Positions 12,771 to 26,857 are shown, counted from the stretch's first letter. The stretch is DNA of 64,000 bases from Balanoglossus misakiensis (GCA_040954595.2 CM082577.2:11565654-11629653), one strand, 5' to 3'. Made by a program: numbers and translations. The notes: generated by a model not told the origin, from the letters alone.

Positions 12771-15700
12771 GTTAGTAGATGTTGTGGCGAACACACATTT
12801 ATCGATTACAGACGGTTTGTTAGAGCCATATGGTGTTCACAACTTATAAATTCTTTTCAAATTCACAGTCACGGTTGTGTACGCAGCTAAAAGGCATATT
12901 GGCTATATCTATAGAAATGCCCACGTCCACATGTATGGATGGACGGTTAAAACATGCCAAATAGACTGCTCGTGTGTATAGCAAAATTAAACAAAACGAA
13001 AACACGTCAGAGTCTCGTTATATTATTGGGTACATAATAACCTAAGATATTTTTAATTGGACGCAGAAAACTAAAGAAGAGTAGAAGTCGCTCATTTTTT
13101 TCATTTCTTTGATATTGTCCAGAAGATGGGTGCTCTCAAATTACATTGACGTTTAAGGTATCAAAATCTATCTCTAAATTCTCAAAGATGACGGACAAAA
13201 ACGCTGCATTTACATTCATATCTGTATCAGTTACATCAGGTTTTTCAAATAATGTGTAATTATTGCAACCATTGGTACACTCATTACATGATTTGCAACC
13301 ACTTTGCACATAACAGTGTATATTGTTATGTCATTTTATTCAGGACGGCCTTACTGATGAAGAACTTGACCTGTCCCGCCTATCTGACAGATCTTCGACA
13401 CCGAATAAACGCCAGGATTTTCCCGCCAATGGTGAGTAGATACAAATTTGCTTCAATACACCCTTTTCATTTAACCACTGTTACGAATAAATACCATTCT
13501 TATTTATTTTAATGTCTAGAAAATAGCAGAATGAAGTTGATATATACAATGTAATATTAGCACAATTCACTCCATATATGCACATACATGTCTTAAATCG
13601 TGTTATCACACCTCACGTATTATGTCGTATTCGTGATTGGCTGAGACGCGCTCACGTGACATAGAGAAAAAGTGATATAACATGGCAAGATTTGATAAAG
13701 CCCTGTTGATATTGCCCGCTGGGTTGTTTTGGTGTTCTGCGCACGACTTCCGCGCATAACAAACTGTCGTTCAATGGCTTCCTCCACGATCAGTCAATTC
13801 CCGCATCTATGGCTTCAAAGCGACACACAGGCTTAACACCTGTTCAACTGGACGATATTTTACTACCGTGGCCGAAATCGACACACGGTGTAGGTTTCAA
13901 ACCTACACTGTCCCTTTGCTACAAAATGCGCGCGTACGGTGTAGGTTTCAAACCTACACTGTCCCTTTGCTACAAAATGCGCGCGTACGGTGTAGGTTTC
14001 AAACCTACACTGTCTCTTTGCTACAAAATGCGCGCGTACGGTGTAGGTTTCAAACCTACACTGTCCCTTTGCTACAAAATGCGCGCGTACGGTGTAGGTT
14101 TCAAACCTACACTGTCCCTTTGGTGAAACGAAAAAAGCAAGTGTAGGTTTCCCCCTGGGTTTCAAGTAGTGTCCAGGGTTAGGACTTGAAGTTGGGCATT
14201 GAGGGACCTGAGTCCCCTAATGCCCAACTTCAAGTCCCCTAATGCCCAACTTCAAGTCCCCGAATTGCCCAACTTCAAGTCCCCGTATGCCCAACATCAA
14301 GTCTCACAATGCCCATACTTTTTCAATAATTTTTTTTGACTGCTTAATGATGTCCGATTTTCATTCTGAAATAAGTTTTAGAGAGCAAATCTTCTCCTTT
14401 TACAACCATTAAAAAATCATACTCAACCACACTCAACTTATTTTTTTATAGGCTATCAAACAAAACATATAATTTGTTGAAAATGACCTTTTTTAAAAAT
14501 TGTTTTTTTCACACCTCCTCTATGCGATTTTGCTCTCGTTCTACGAATAATCTCGCACATATATACACATGTTATACATCGTTCAAGAGCTAAGATTATT
14601 GGGTCTCTAACCGCTATAATTGTTTTCTCGAAAAGCAGAAATTAAACGAGCGCTCGCCCGAAATCGCTGCCGATCTCGTAAAATTGTGCAATTACGATAT
14701 GACTTCCGGTTCATGCCAAACTGGCGAACATGTTGTATTCTACGAATTTCCTCGCACATTTCTACACATGTTATACATGGTTCAATACCTTAGAATATAG
14801 GCTATCTAACGGTAATAAGCTTTCGCTAAAAAATGCTGAAATTAAAGGAGCACTCGCACGAAATCCCTGGCGATCTGGTGATACAATGATTCTTTGTTTA
14901 CATGCATGTTAAAGTATAGGGTGAATCACTGTTTCTAGGTAATGTTTGCAACACTACTGTAACACTTGGAGTGGGTCTATCTTTAAAGTGTAAGCTGTTT
15001 TGAGATCGCCAATTATTACTCTAAAACATATTGAAGACCCGATGTGAAATCTTTAATAATAAATAAACAGGTGTGGCAAAAGTAAAGTGATGTTACAGTT
15101 CTATATGAGGTTTATGAATTACCTAGTTTGTATCCATAGTTACTGGCATTGCTGTACATGTAACAACTTTAAAAAAATGTAGGTAGTATCCCAACATGTT
15201 CTTAACAGTCTATGAAAATTACAAGCTTTAAATGACATGTTTTCTTACTTTCCTAATTTTTTACCTATGACACCCTGTTTTCTACAGTGTAAAGCCTATG
15301 GGGCACAAACATTTTGTTTCATAATTATATTTTTATAGCTTCTTGTCTACATTTCTTAGATATTAAGGTACCCCAGAATAGAGAATTTAAATGTCTATCA
15401 TTCCTGGAAAAATCAGCTCTTAAGCTCCTTTATTTTAAATTTTAGGATAGGGTCTCTAATGTCCAAGTGTCCAAAAAAAGTATTCTTTTGTTTTTATACA
15501 TGTTAAGTCTATGGGCATTATTTCAGTCTATTTTGCAACAACATTTGGAATACTTAATGGCGTCCAATCTCAAAAGTGTAAATTTTTTTATATTCTAGAA
15601 CATCTCATGATGGTTTCTGGAAAGTTTCATCTCTGAAATGCTTAAAATAAAAAAATAATCTTAAAAAAGCAAAGTGTATATTAAAAAAAAGCTAATTTAC

Positions 15701-18700
15701 AGCTAATTTACAGAAGTTTGCTTTTTGGTCAAAAAAGTGCTTTTATGTTAAAATATTTAATTGTAACTTTTGTCAAGAGTTTATAGATAGACACTCTACT
15801 TGTGTACCAAATTTCGAGGTCAAAGGTCAAAGGATAATGAAATCCGACATAGGTAAACCAACAACTATAAGCAATGGCGAAGTTGACCTTGACCTTCGAA
15901 TTTCAAAATTTTTTCACCACACCACATTAAAACAACTTATTATCAATCTATCCTGTAATTTTCAGTGGTTTCCAACTATATTAAGGGGGTGACACCGCGT
16001 ACCCTAAAAAGTATGTTTTTTTCAATAGGTTTTTCCGCAATAACTTTTCAAGGTCAAGTTCAAAGTTGGTCAAATTTTAGTATGTTATAGAACTCGCCGA
16101 GACCTTTCTGAAAATATATAGTTTGTTATGGTTTATGTAAAATGTAAAAGTTTCACCAAAGGGACAGTGTAGGTTTGAAACCTACACCGTACGCCCGCAT
16201 TTTCTAGCAAAGGGCAGTGTAGGTTTGAAACCTACACCGTACGCGCGCATTTTGTAGCAAAGGGACAGTGTAGGTTTGAAACCTACACAGTGTGTCGATT
16301 TCGGCCACGGTAATTTTACTGCAAACGGGCAAGTAAATACACCAAAATCGCAACCAACAGCGCAGTATCCTCATAATTATCTGAGTTCAAAGTAGGAATA
16401 GTTGTTGGGAGATCGAGACATTTTACATTCTCAGCAACGTACGACATGGACGCAACCCTAAGTTCTTCCTGCAGCTCGGGCATCAACAAAATTATGGTCA
16501 GAGATCACCATCCTTCGATCAGGCTAAACATCATGATATTGCCCTCGCTAATCTGTGTTATTATCTAACTTAATATAGGGGTTATTAGTATATTACACAA
16601 ATTTTGGTCGATAACGCGTCGCATTCGAGTGATGTCCGTATTTTGACGAGTTGCGAAGCAACGAGTCAAAATACGGACATCACGAGAATGCGTCGAGTTA
16701 TCGACCAAAATTCGTGTAATAACCCCTTTATCATACATGCCTACCTTTAAAACAGTACGATTTGCGAAAATGCGCAGAGAAAAACAATTTCACGGCCAGA
16801 AATTTGAACCGGGCGCCCTGGGATCACGGCAGTGGCCCATAGCCAAGTGAGACAGGGCTATGCGATCAGGTGATCAACGTGTAGGCCTGAGTATTATTCT
16901 AAGGGGGTTTGCAGCTTTCATTACGATGGGTACATCCGCATTCTAAATAAAATTGTCTACGTTCTCTTTCAAAATATCATGTTAACAAATATTTCGCATT
17001 GAGAATTCCGAAGAAGTAAAAATGATACATTCAACATGACAAAACCACCAGCTTTGAAAACTTTATTACAGCTTCTAATAACCGAATTTTACTACACCCC
17101 TCTCTACTAGAGTCCTATGCCCCGTACGTCGCTCGCACGCGCAGAAACTGTCACGCCGATCACTGAGTCAAGGCTGCGCTGTGTGATGATTTCAGCACGT
17201 TCTCAAAAAAAGTTCGAGACGCGGTATTTCACTGAGTAAAATACGTATATTACTATACATCTGGCACCGAGAACAATAGAATTTAGCGTGCACTAAAAAA
17301 GCCATACGGAACGGCACGTACGGAACGCCTGTTAAATATGCCTTAAGTTTCAAGGCGCCCCAACTCACCGTGTACAGGTATGCGCTGTTATACAGACGGT
17401 TTCAAGACACCCCCACTCCAACGCACGTAAACAAAAAAGAAAGATGGCTGCTCACTGTGTCAAATGAGCGGTTTACGATCGATTGTATCGGCATTTTGGG
17501 CGTTTTGAAAGCCAAGTCACATGCAACACAAGAACTAACGGAGATGTAAGATGTATAATAACAAGGTTATTACGAAAATACCGCAAAGTATGCACGAGGA
17601 CATTAGCGCAGCGCATCGCCCTCCGCTGCGCGTCGGGCGATACTCGGCGCTAATGTCCTCGTGCATACTTTTCGTAATAACCTCATAACATTCAATTCGG
17701 GCATTCCATCTGGCCAAGGTGTGAGGTGGCAGAGGCAGCAGAGCGCCCGCTAAACGACTGGATATGTAGTCTATTGTTGTTTATTGTCAACATTTCTCGT
17801 TTATTTGCCAACAATCTAAATACATATATGTAGAAGCTAAAAAATGGCGGGACGATGGCGACAAAGATTTATTATTTATCTGCTTATAACTTGCAGCGAA
17901 GCAGTACACTCATACGCATGCATCAACTTTACCACTGTACGATAAGATTATCACATTGTTTCTCATGCTCGCCGCCATTGCAATCACAGACTTCCTCCAG
18001 GCAGAGTTCTGATCTTATCAGTGGGTCTATCTCAGACTGTATCTAGTGAGAAACCATGTACATGTATAGCCAAAATAACCAGCTACCAGAACGTATACTA
18101 AGAGTATTGAGTCAGACACAAGCTAACGCGTACCGGTGACCTCAGACACACGCTTGGTCCAACGTTCACCCCAACTGTGCGCTTGCGGTGGTAGACACTA
18201 GAGCGTACACCCGACGTATTATGCCAGAGAAAAATGGCGAGAAACCAAAAAAAAATGAGCTGCGCATTACGTAGTAGGCCTGGGCGAATGCATAGGGTCG
18301 CACTGTTTGCGAAATTCGAGGTCACAATTTCGTACGATCTTTGGTGCTACCGCAAAACTTGACAAATAAGCGAGACAAAATGTACATTCCCTTTCTATAA
18401 CAACGCGTCGTAGGTTTGTATTAAAATTGACTCATACGACAAGCCAAAACGTCAGTAAATCCATGACAGCAAACCAAGACTATTCGGAAACATGGCAGGG
18501 CAATGTTCCAACCGAGAAAGATTTACGTGATGCATCGGAGATTTAGTACCGTCCGGTAGATGGCATGAAGTGGGTGTACCCTCTACGGAACAATGTAGCC
18601 TCCACGTATATAACATCTGTGACGAATGAATGTTATTTAAAAATATATCAATTATCTACCAGTATGAGTGAACTATCGAGTGTAAAGTTTCCAATGTTAT

Positions 18701-21700
18701 TCTGCACCAGCTTTGGGCAAAGCCCTACGGGCTATCATTACTTGAGCATGTATATATTTCAGTCCTTATACATCTGTATGGGATAATATTAGTACAGATT
18801 GAAAACAAGTTCCATGATAATTATCCCAAACGTTGCTGCTCATTGGGGTGAATTCCAAATGATTTACCACCTAGCCAATGCTTGTTTTATACTGTTATAA
18901 CTGTTACCCCAGTTGTCCCACCCCTAAACACTGAGATTTTTGTGTTAATGGAATCTCCTTGATCACAGGTTGTTTTTTCTCAGAAGCTTCTGGCAATGTC
19001 AGACATGTCACGCTTGTGTTTAATGCCTGTAGGGCGTCCAATATCGTCAGCGAGTTCATCAAATTTGGCTCAGTGTCTCTTCTCTTTATGAAGATAATAA
19101 AACAAAGTTTGTTGAATATGCAAATTAGGGGTAATTTATATGATATAAGCAACGGTTTCGATACAGTACCCGAAAACAAGTTCGCTGCATCTTAGAACAA
19201 ATTTGATGCTGGATGTCTGGATTTTTACAGCTAATTGCACAAATTCATTAAATTTGCAAATTAGCAATTACTAAATATGGCACTTCTAAATGTCTCACAA
19301 CACAGTCAGATCCTGTCAGATAAACATTTGCAGCATGTTGCTATAATTAAAGAAATATAGCTCTAATTTTAAAAGTTCATAAATTATGCAAATGAGCACT
19401 CTATTGATATAATATTTCTACAAGAAAACACTCTTACATTTGATGCCCCAAACATAGGACAATAATACGAAAATACTAGTAGTTCAAAATTGCCTGTTTT
19501 TAAATTTAAGTCAAACCAAACATCACAGCTACAATGACTTCGCATTTCATAACAAACTTGTCTGTATTTCCACGTTTCAGCTACAGGAAACACTCTTGAA
19601 TTACTTTCAACTGAAACGGATGTTGCTGTTCAAATCAATGTCCCTGATTTGACAGCTGTGACTGCGTGTCTCTGGGTCAAAGCTGATTCGCCGAAAGAAA
19701 AGGCTACATTGGTTTCTTACTGTATCCGCCGATTTAGCTGCAACGAGTTTCTCTTGTATGGTACAACCTCTCTGAAACTTTTCGTCAAACAGAAAAGCGC
19801 TCAGACAGGATTGGGGGTAGATGATGGCGCGTGGCATCATATGTGCGTGACATGGTCCTCAAGTGGTGGAAACTGGGCAAGTTACCATAATGGTGAATTG
19901 TTAAGCATCGGTAAAGGTTTAGTGTCTGGTGAGACTATAAGAACTGGTGGGACATTGGTGTTAGGTCAAGAACAGGATGACCGGAGAGGTAGATATGACA
20001 AATCACAGGCATTTGTTGGCAGCTTCACTCAATTCAACATGTGGTCCAGAGTTTTGACAGTTGGGGAAGTTGCCATGGTAGCACAAGACTGCTCAATTGG
20101 AGGAGATGTCTTTACTTGGAATACTGCTTCTCTCTCCATGTCAGCTAATGCAGAGCTGGGAAAGAGCAATGTTTGCAGTAAGTTATGTTTTTAATTAGAG
20201 TTCAACTATTTAGTGTCCCTAACATAGAAGAATTCATGCGAAAGTACTATACAAGTTGAAAACGCCTGCTATAAAATTAGAATCATTCCAAATTCCACAG
20301 CTACAATGTCTTGCATTTTATACTAAAGAAGGTTTTCTGTCTTTTCACGTTTCAGGTGAGGGAAACACTCTCGAATTACTTTCAACTCAAACGGATGTTG
20401 CTGTTCAAATCAATGTCCCTGATTTGACAGCTGTGACTGCGTGTCTCTGGGTCAAAGCTGATTCACCGAAAAAAAAGGCAACATTTGTTTCTTACTGTAT
20501 CCGCCGATTTAGCTGCAACGAATTTTTCTTGTATGGTACAACCTCTCTGAAACTTTGGGTCAAAAAGGAACGCGCCAACACAGGATTGGGGGTAGATGAT
20601 GGCGCCTGGCATCATATGTGTGTGACATGGTCCTCAAGTGGTGGAAACTGGGCAAGTTACCATAATGGTGAATTGTTAAGCAGCGGTCATGGTTTATCGT
20701 CTGGTGAGACTATAAGAACTGGTGGGACATTGGTGTTAGGTCAAGACCAAGATGACCGGAGAGGTAGATATAATGAGTTACAGGCATTTGTTGGCAGCAT
20801 CACTCAATTCAACATGTGGTCCAGAGTTTTGACAGTTGGGGAAGTTGCCATGGTAGCCCAAGACTGCTCAATGGGAGGAGATGTCTTTACTTGGAATACT
20901 GCTTCTCTCGACATGTCAGCTAATGCCGATCTGGTAAAGAGCAATGTTTGCAGTAAGTTATGTTTTCTATTAGAGTTCAACTATTTAGTGTCCCTAACAT
21001 AGAAGAAATAATGCGAAAGTACTATACAAGTTGGAAATCGCCCGTTATAAAATTAGATTCATTCCAAATTCCACAGCTACAATGTCTTGCGTTTTATATT
21101 AAAGAAGGTTTTCTGTCTTTCAACGTTTCAGGTGAGGGAAACACTCTTGAATTACTTTCAACTCAAACGGATGTTGCTGTTCAAATCAATGTCCCTGATT
21201 TGACAGCTGTGACTGCGTGTCTCTGGGTCAAAGCTGATTCACCGAAAAAAAAGGCAACATTGGTTTCTTACTGTATCCGCCGATTTAGCTGCAACGAGTT
21301 TCTCTTGTATGGTACAACCTCTCTGAAACTTTTCGTCAAACAGAAAAGCGCTGAGACAGGATTGGGGGTAGATGATGGCGCGTGGCATCATATGTGCGTG
21401 ACATGGTCCTCAAGTGGTGGAAACTGGGCAAGTTACCATAATGGTGAATTGTTAAGCAGCGGTAAAGGTTTAAAGTCTGGTGAGACTATAAGAACTGGTG
21501 GGACATTGGTGTTAGGTCAAGACCAAGATGAACGGAGAGGTAGATATGTCAAATCGGAGGCATTTGTTGGCAGCATCACTCAATTCAATATATGGTCCAG
21601 AGTCTTAACAGATGGGGAAGTTGCCATGGTAGCACAAGACTGCTCAATTGGAGGAGATGTCTTTACTTGGAATACTGCTTCTCTCTACATGTCAGCTAAT

Positions 21701-21955
21701 GCAGAGCTGGGAAAGAGCAATGTTTGCTGTAAGTTATGTCTTAAGATATGATGAAAAAATGATGAACCCAACTATATAGAATATTACAGTATAGTATTTG
21801 GTGCCATCAAGAGAGGCATTGTTCATATCGATTGCACGTTATAACCGAACAACTATTAAACTAGGCACCATCCATCCATTTACCCACCTTCCTCCACATA
21901 CATACATACATACATACATACATACATACATACATACATACATACATACATACAT

Positions 21956-22052
<97 letters not shown>

Positions 22053-22113
22053 TACATACATACATACATACATACATACATACATACATACATACATACA
22101 TACATACATACAT

Positions 22114-22145
<32 letters not shown>

Positions 22146-22195
22146 GCTCACACACAATCCGTAGTTCTAATAGCACTTTTTCTTGCCTTACAGAA
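12561..22195 (+). CDS. Secreted multi-pentraxin protein: signal peptide, I9-propeptide-like stub, 3 pentraxin domains (spliced)
   Basis: Exons 12561-12770 (phase 0), 13344-13431 (0/1), 19581-20177, 20356-20952 and 21132-21728 (all 1/1). All are AG/GT bounded and join in frame. Putative last acceptor at 22193 gives T|AA stop. Probable 5' UTR exon ends at 11953 (AAG|GTATGT). Confidence 0.7.
13864..16312. mobile_element. 2.45-kb non-autonomous DNA transposon with modular TIRs built from 51-bp tandem repeats
   Basis: Termini TACCGTGGCCGAAATCGACACAC / GTGTGTCGATTTCGGCCACGGTA. About 5 left and 3 right copies of a 51-mer containing the palindrome GTGTAGGTTTCAAACCTACAC. Flanked by direct repeat ATTTTAC. 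Confidence 0.9.
14182..14320. repeat. 22-23 bp tandem repeat with one inverted copy
   Basis: GGACTTGAAGTTGGGCA is followed by ~4-5 copies of TGCCCAACTTCAAGTCCCC. Confidence 0.8.
16576..17685. mobile_element. Non-coding element with long hairpins at both ends (Crypton-like, tentative)
   Basis: Left stem-loop ~16578-16726 (GGGGTTATTA...TAATAACCCC); right stem-loop ~17565-17682 (GGTTATTACGAAAA...TTTTCGTAATAACC). Confidence 0.55.
19581..20177 (+). CDS. Pentraxin domain exon 1
   Basis: Motifs ACLWVK, NEFLLY, WHHMCVTWSSSGG (HxCxTW signature), LVLGQEQD and FNMWSRVL; 597 nt, phase 1-1. Confidence 0.93.
20356..20952 (+). CDS. Pentraxin domain exon 2
   Basis: Same motifs (LVLGQDQD); TTTCAG acceptor and GTAAGT donor; 597 nt. 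Confidence 0.93.
21132..21728 (+). CDS. Pentraxin domain exon 3
   Basis: Same motifs; TTTCAG acceptor and GTAAGT donor; 597 nt. Confidence 0.93.
21896..22156. repeat. (CATA)n/(CA)n compound microsatellite
   Basis: Visible directly in the sequence. Confidence 0.97.
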
Positions 22196-23294
22196 CTCAG
22201 AGTATTGGGGACGTGCAAGAATACTTGAAATGCATGGATATTCTTCTCCATTTCCAGTCATCACTGCCTGGAATTATTTATTTAAGTATTATTGATAGAA
22301 AATGCATGCTTTCTATCCGTATATAGAATAAAAACACTGATTATTTATTCAATGATAATTGATAGAAAATGCATGCTTTCTATCCGTATATAGAATAAAG
22401 AACACGAATCACGAATCAAGTTACATTTTCTTGCTCTGTATTTTTTCGAAGCCCACACTGATATGCGATTTCACAATCTTACAAATTGGGGACAGTTAAC
22501 ACAGTCTGCGCTGTCTGATAATGAGAACGTGATAATCAGCCGAACAATGTGCATACACAATCTTTCATAAGAGTGTATAAAAGCAGTGAAAATTTTAAAA
22601 AAAAACTTTAATAGGGGAAATATGAGGATGTCGAGACCCCCAGTATAGGTTGGAGCAGTACAATTACCAGCGCAGTGGGTAGAGTACAATTTCACAACAG
22701 GTCGCATTAACTCAACGCCGAAGTACTTTGCCGGAAATCCTGATTTCTATTCGGAGTACTTCGCCGGAAGTTTGATCAATGCACAGTAAACAGTATTTCA
22801 CTGCATGGCAAAAACACCAGCCAGAGTGTATAAAGCCGGTCTTAAAGTTAATCATCTGCAACACTGCGTGTCAAATGGCAAGCGCGGACCCTAGTAATTG
22901 TTACTGTGACACAAAATCAAATCAATGAATTGGCAATTTTATCCCGCTCCACTGTATCTGCTAAGAATACTTGTTTGCAAATTTGTCTATTTTGCTGGGC
23001 GCTTTGGATAATGTTGTATCGCTGACAGCGGAGCTAATAAATCATTTGACTGAGTGAAAAATTCAACTGTCATCTCAAAAACATCGTAATTCTTGTGAAA
23101 TTCAATATGACACATTTATAATTCAATCGTGAATACAAATCTGACTTAAAATAATGCATTTTCATGATTTTGTAGCAATATTCAGTGGGTTGATTTTACA
23201 TTCAAAATGATGTAGCTTGTGCATACTATGTCTTTGCCTTCGACCAATTCGCTACAGTACGAATTCTTTCTGTCCAATTCTTTGGGCGTCCGTT

Positions 23295-26200
23295 TCACTG
23301 CCTAGCCTTCACATTCAGTTTGATTCCATTTGGAGGTGATGAAAATGCACTTGTTCCAAGTTTCACGGGGATCTGGAAAATGGCAAATGTTGAAAATGAG
23401 GAAATAAGTACCGGTAATACGCAAGTGAAGCTGTATAAGGTAGTCATTACTAGAGTTTAATACAATTATTAATGCAACACGAAAAATTGAGATGATCTTG
23501 ACATAATTCGAGACCACGCCATCATTAACATTAGTGTAACGGGTTGTTTTCAACTGTGACTTTGTATCTGTCGTCTGCTTTCTGTTTATGTATTACACAA
23601 CGCGCCATTGGATAGCATTTCGTGCGCATTAATTAAAGAACGTTTATCATCCAATCAGTGAGATCGATTAATCTCACTCTATCGATCCCACACTCCTATT
23701 GGCCAGGAGTGTGAGAATGCATTAAATCATACCTCTGTCTCCGCGCATGGCTCGAATGTGAAATTCTGGAAGATACGGACCAGTCCAATTTTAGCTTCCA
23801 GGAGAGCAAATCTCATTCCAATGCAATTGCGAGGACCAGCTCCAAATGGTAACCATGCATAAGGATGACGTTTCTCTTTTTCTTCCTTGGTGAATCTAAA
23901 TAAACGTTTCTTGTTAAACAGATAACATCAGTGGGGCATATGTTACGAGTATTTTAAAGGTGTATTCCATATAATACATCTTGTACCATTTTTGTATTAT
24001 TTCGTTTAAAACGGTTTTAATGCATAATTTATGTTTGGGTTGTTCGGTACACCCCGTTTCCCGGTTGAAAATCTATTTTCTGTTACGCCAAAGAGTAGTT
24101 TTGAAGGAATTAACGAAAATATATAACCTTTTACCAATTCAGATTGTTAAATACGGTGAATTTCAACCAGTAATCATGCAACGTTTTGGGGGAAAATGAG
24201 GATACATATTACCTTTCTGGGATGAATCTTTCTGGTTCTGGGTAGATGTCCGGATTGTGGTGGATTGCGTAGATTGAAAAAATAATATTCATGCCTTTAG
24301 GAATGTGTATACCAGCAATAGTGACATCTTCGTTACATACTCTGTCAAACCTGAAGAGTGTCGGATGAAATTTAATGCGAGTCCATGTCAGGTACTACAG
24401 TAATCCGGACGGCAAACTACACGGCTAATATTGCATTAAACGGTGACTTATCACCCAACCAGATCTAACGGTCATGTTTTTGCATAGTTACTTAAAAAGG
24501 TGTCTTTAATATTCTTCGCGGAGTTCTCAATATAACGGCCAGACAGACTGGGTAATTTGCTGGAGTTTGTGATGTGTATGGCCAATCGGTTGTGTTGAAA
24601 GGTTGTGGTCTTGGTGTAAAGTGCATGAACAGTATGAAAAATACAGTGGAGTAGAGTAGAGTAGAGTACAGTGCACTTCAATTCAGTACGATACAGTACA
24701 GTACAAAACATTACACCAATCTTCAGTACACTACACTACTCTACACTATACCGCACCACATAGTACCATCTTGTTTTCTTAAGTGCAGTTTGTCATAATT
24801 CCCGTACATACCATTTTTCAATCACATTAGCACACGTCTTTCTATCTCACCTTATCGCAGGTGGATACATTCTGAGAGTTTCACAAACGATCATATCCAA
24901 ATATGGCATCTTAGATATAGCCTCAAAGTTGGGTTCGTCATAGTTGGCCATGACGTCATCGATTTCAGTGCACAACTTATCCTGCACTTCTGGTCTGGTT
25001 GCCATTGTATAAGCAACAAAGCCCATCAAAGTGCTTGTCGTTTCATACCCAGCCAGATAAAAGATCAACGCCTGCAAAGATATTACGATGTTCAGACTAC
25101 CAGCAACAAACGGCAAACTGGCAACACCGTATTTCTTTCATGCCAGCAACGCGTTATCTCTAAAATTGTAACAACGTCTCAATTTAGTAGACAATGAGGC
25201 GCCCCCATCCCAATTGCGCAGTTGAAGTACGTGCGTGTTGAGAGAGACCTGTCGACTCGAACACGGACGACGAGAGTTGTTTAGCGTGTCGAACGCTGCT
25301 CTACGAAGCTCGTAGTTACCTTCTGACCGGGACATTTGTGCTTGAACGGACTGGGTTCCTCCCACTTCAGGTCGGTAGATTCCTGTGAAGCAGAGACGTG
25401 AATTTTGCCGTTCATAGTGCCGCGGGTTGCAGTGTATCCCGTCTGTTGAACTTTTTTAGAGATTGAGATGAGAATTAGCAGTGTAGGATAGAGACGACGT
25501 ACCAAACTGCCGTGTTGTATTCTGAATTTGTGTTGTTGAAATAAATACAAGGAAGAGTTTGAACCGCATTGCTGTGCGGACTGATAGTGTTGTGGCAAAT
25601 TCGAGCGTGCGAGGCCGCCGCTAACCTTGCAACGATCACCCGGCCGCTTTCTCGACCTACGCATGAACTTGTTGTTTGTGGCAGCAAAATACTAACGTTG
25701 ACGCGTCATCGCGCCCAGCGGTGGACTTCACAAGAATTTCAGATCTGGCTTTTTGTTTGTTTGGCATTCATGATTAATATATATCCATGTTCTTGTTCCG
25801 CTATTTCCATTCCGAAAGCCCCAAAGTTTTAAACATGTACACTTTGACTAGAAAAGGCCTCAGACACCTTCATATGCTGTCCGGCAGCCGGGGTGGGATA
25901 TCCGACTGCGGTGCAGCTCAAAGTGGCGTGGAGCTGGTCATGTTGGGAGCGGTGCAGCCGGCCGGTGGATCGACGTCCCACACTTTCATACCCGCCGGCG
26001 TGCGGCAATCGGCAAGAACCCATCGGGAGAAACCCAGTCCGTTCAAGCGCAAATGTCCCGGTCAGAAGGTAAACTACGAGAGCTTTGTGGAGCAGCATTC
26101 GACACGCTACACAACTCTCGTCGTCCGTGTTCGAGTCGAGTCTCCTACCCCTTTCTGTTCACGTCTCTCTCTCAACGCGCACGTACTTCAACAGCACAAT

Positions 26201-26857
26201 TGGGATGGGGGCGCCTCTTTGTCTACTAAATTGTGACGTTGTTACAATTTTAGAGATAACGTGTCGGCGGAATCAAAGAAATACGGTGTTGCTAATGTGG
26301 CGTTTGTTGCTGGTATTTCGAATTCCGTGGTAATTTGTTCAAAGGGTCGGATTCTGCTGTCACGTCTGTCATATCATAACATTTAGATTCTTCCGCACAC
26401 TTCAATGCATTGCTACCAAATCTAGGTCTTATATATTTACCGTGTTAACCAACATGGAACATTCATGTGTAACGCATTAATTATTTTGATCCCAAAAGCT
26501 TACCTGTCCTAATATTTCTTCATTTGTGAATCCTTTGTGGAAATCATGTGTGTCTAATTTACCATCTTTGACAAGTTTAACTCCATTTTCGTCCTCTTCT
26601 GCTTCGTTTTCTTTGATGTATTGTTCATAGACGTCATGTGCATCTAACATCAATTGCAGAAAGTCTACTCTCTGGAAAATATAGTTTGTGATTTGCAAAC
26701 TCCGTTATTCCTTCTGCTTAAAATTTGGCAACCAGCAAATATGATTAACTTAATGCATATGATTAATTTAATGCATGTATGTATGTATGTATGTATGTAT
26801 GTATGTATGTATGTATGTATGTATGTATGTATGTATGTATGTATGTATGTATGTATG

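Larger units (their letters stand above)
13593..16573. mobile_element. TTAA-bounded non-autonomous element (Crypton-like) hosting the 13864-16312 insertion
   Basis: TTAA at both ends. The 5' TGATTGG-type motif is shared with the element at 39788. Family assignment is tentative. Confidence 0.35.

Noticed and set aside
13887-14122. CRISPR-like array of palindromic repeats
   Set aside because: The units are identical head-to-tail 51-mers with no unique spacers. They are mirrored at ~16158-16290 as TIR arrays, there are no cas genes, and the context is a eukaryotic intron.
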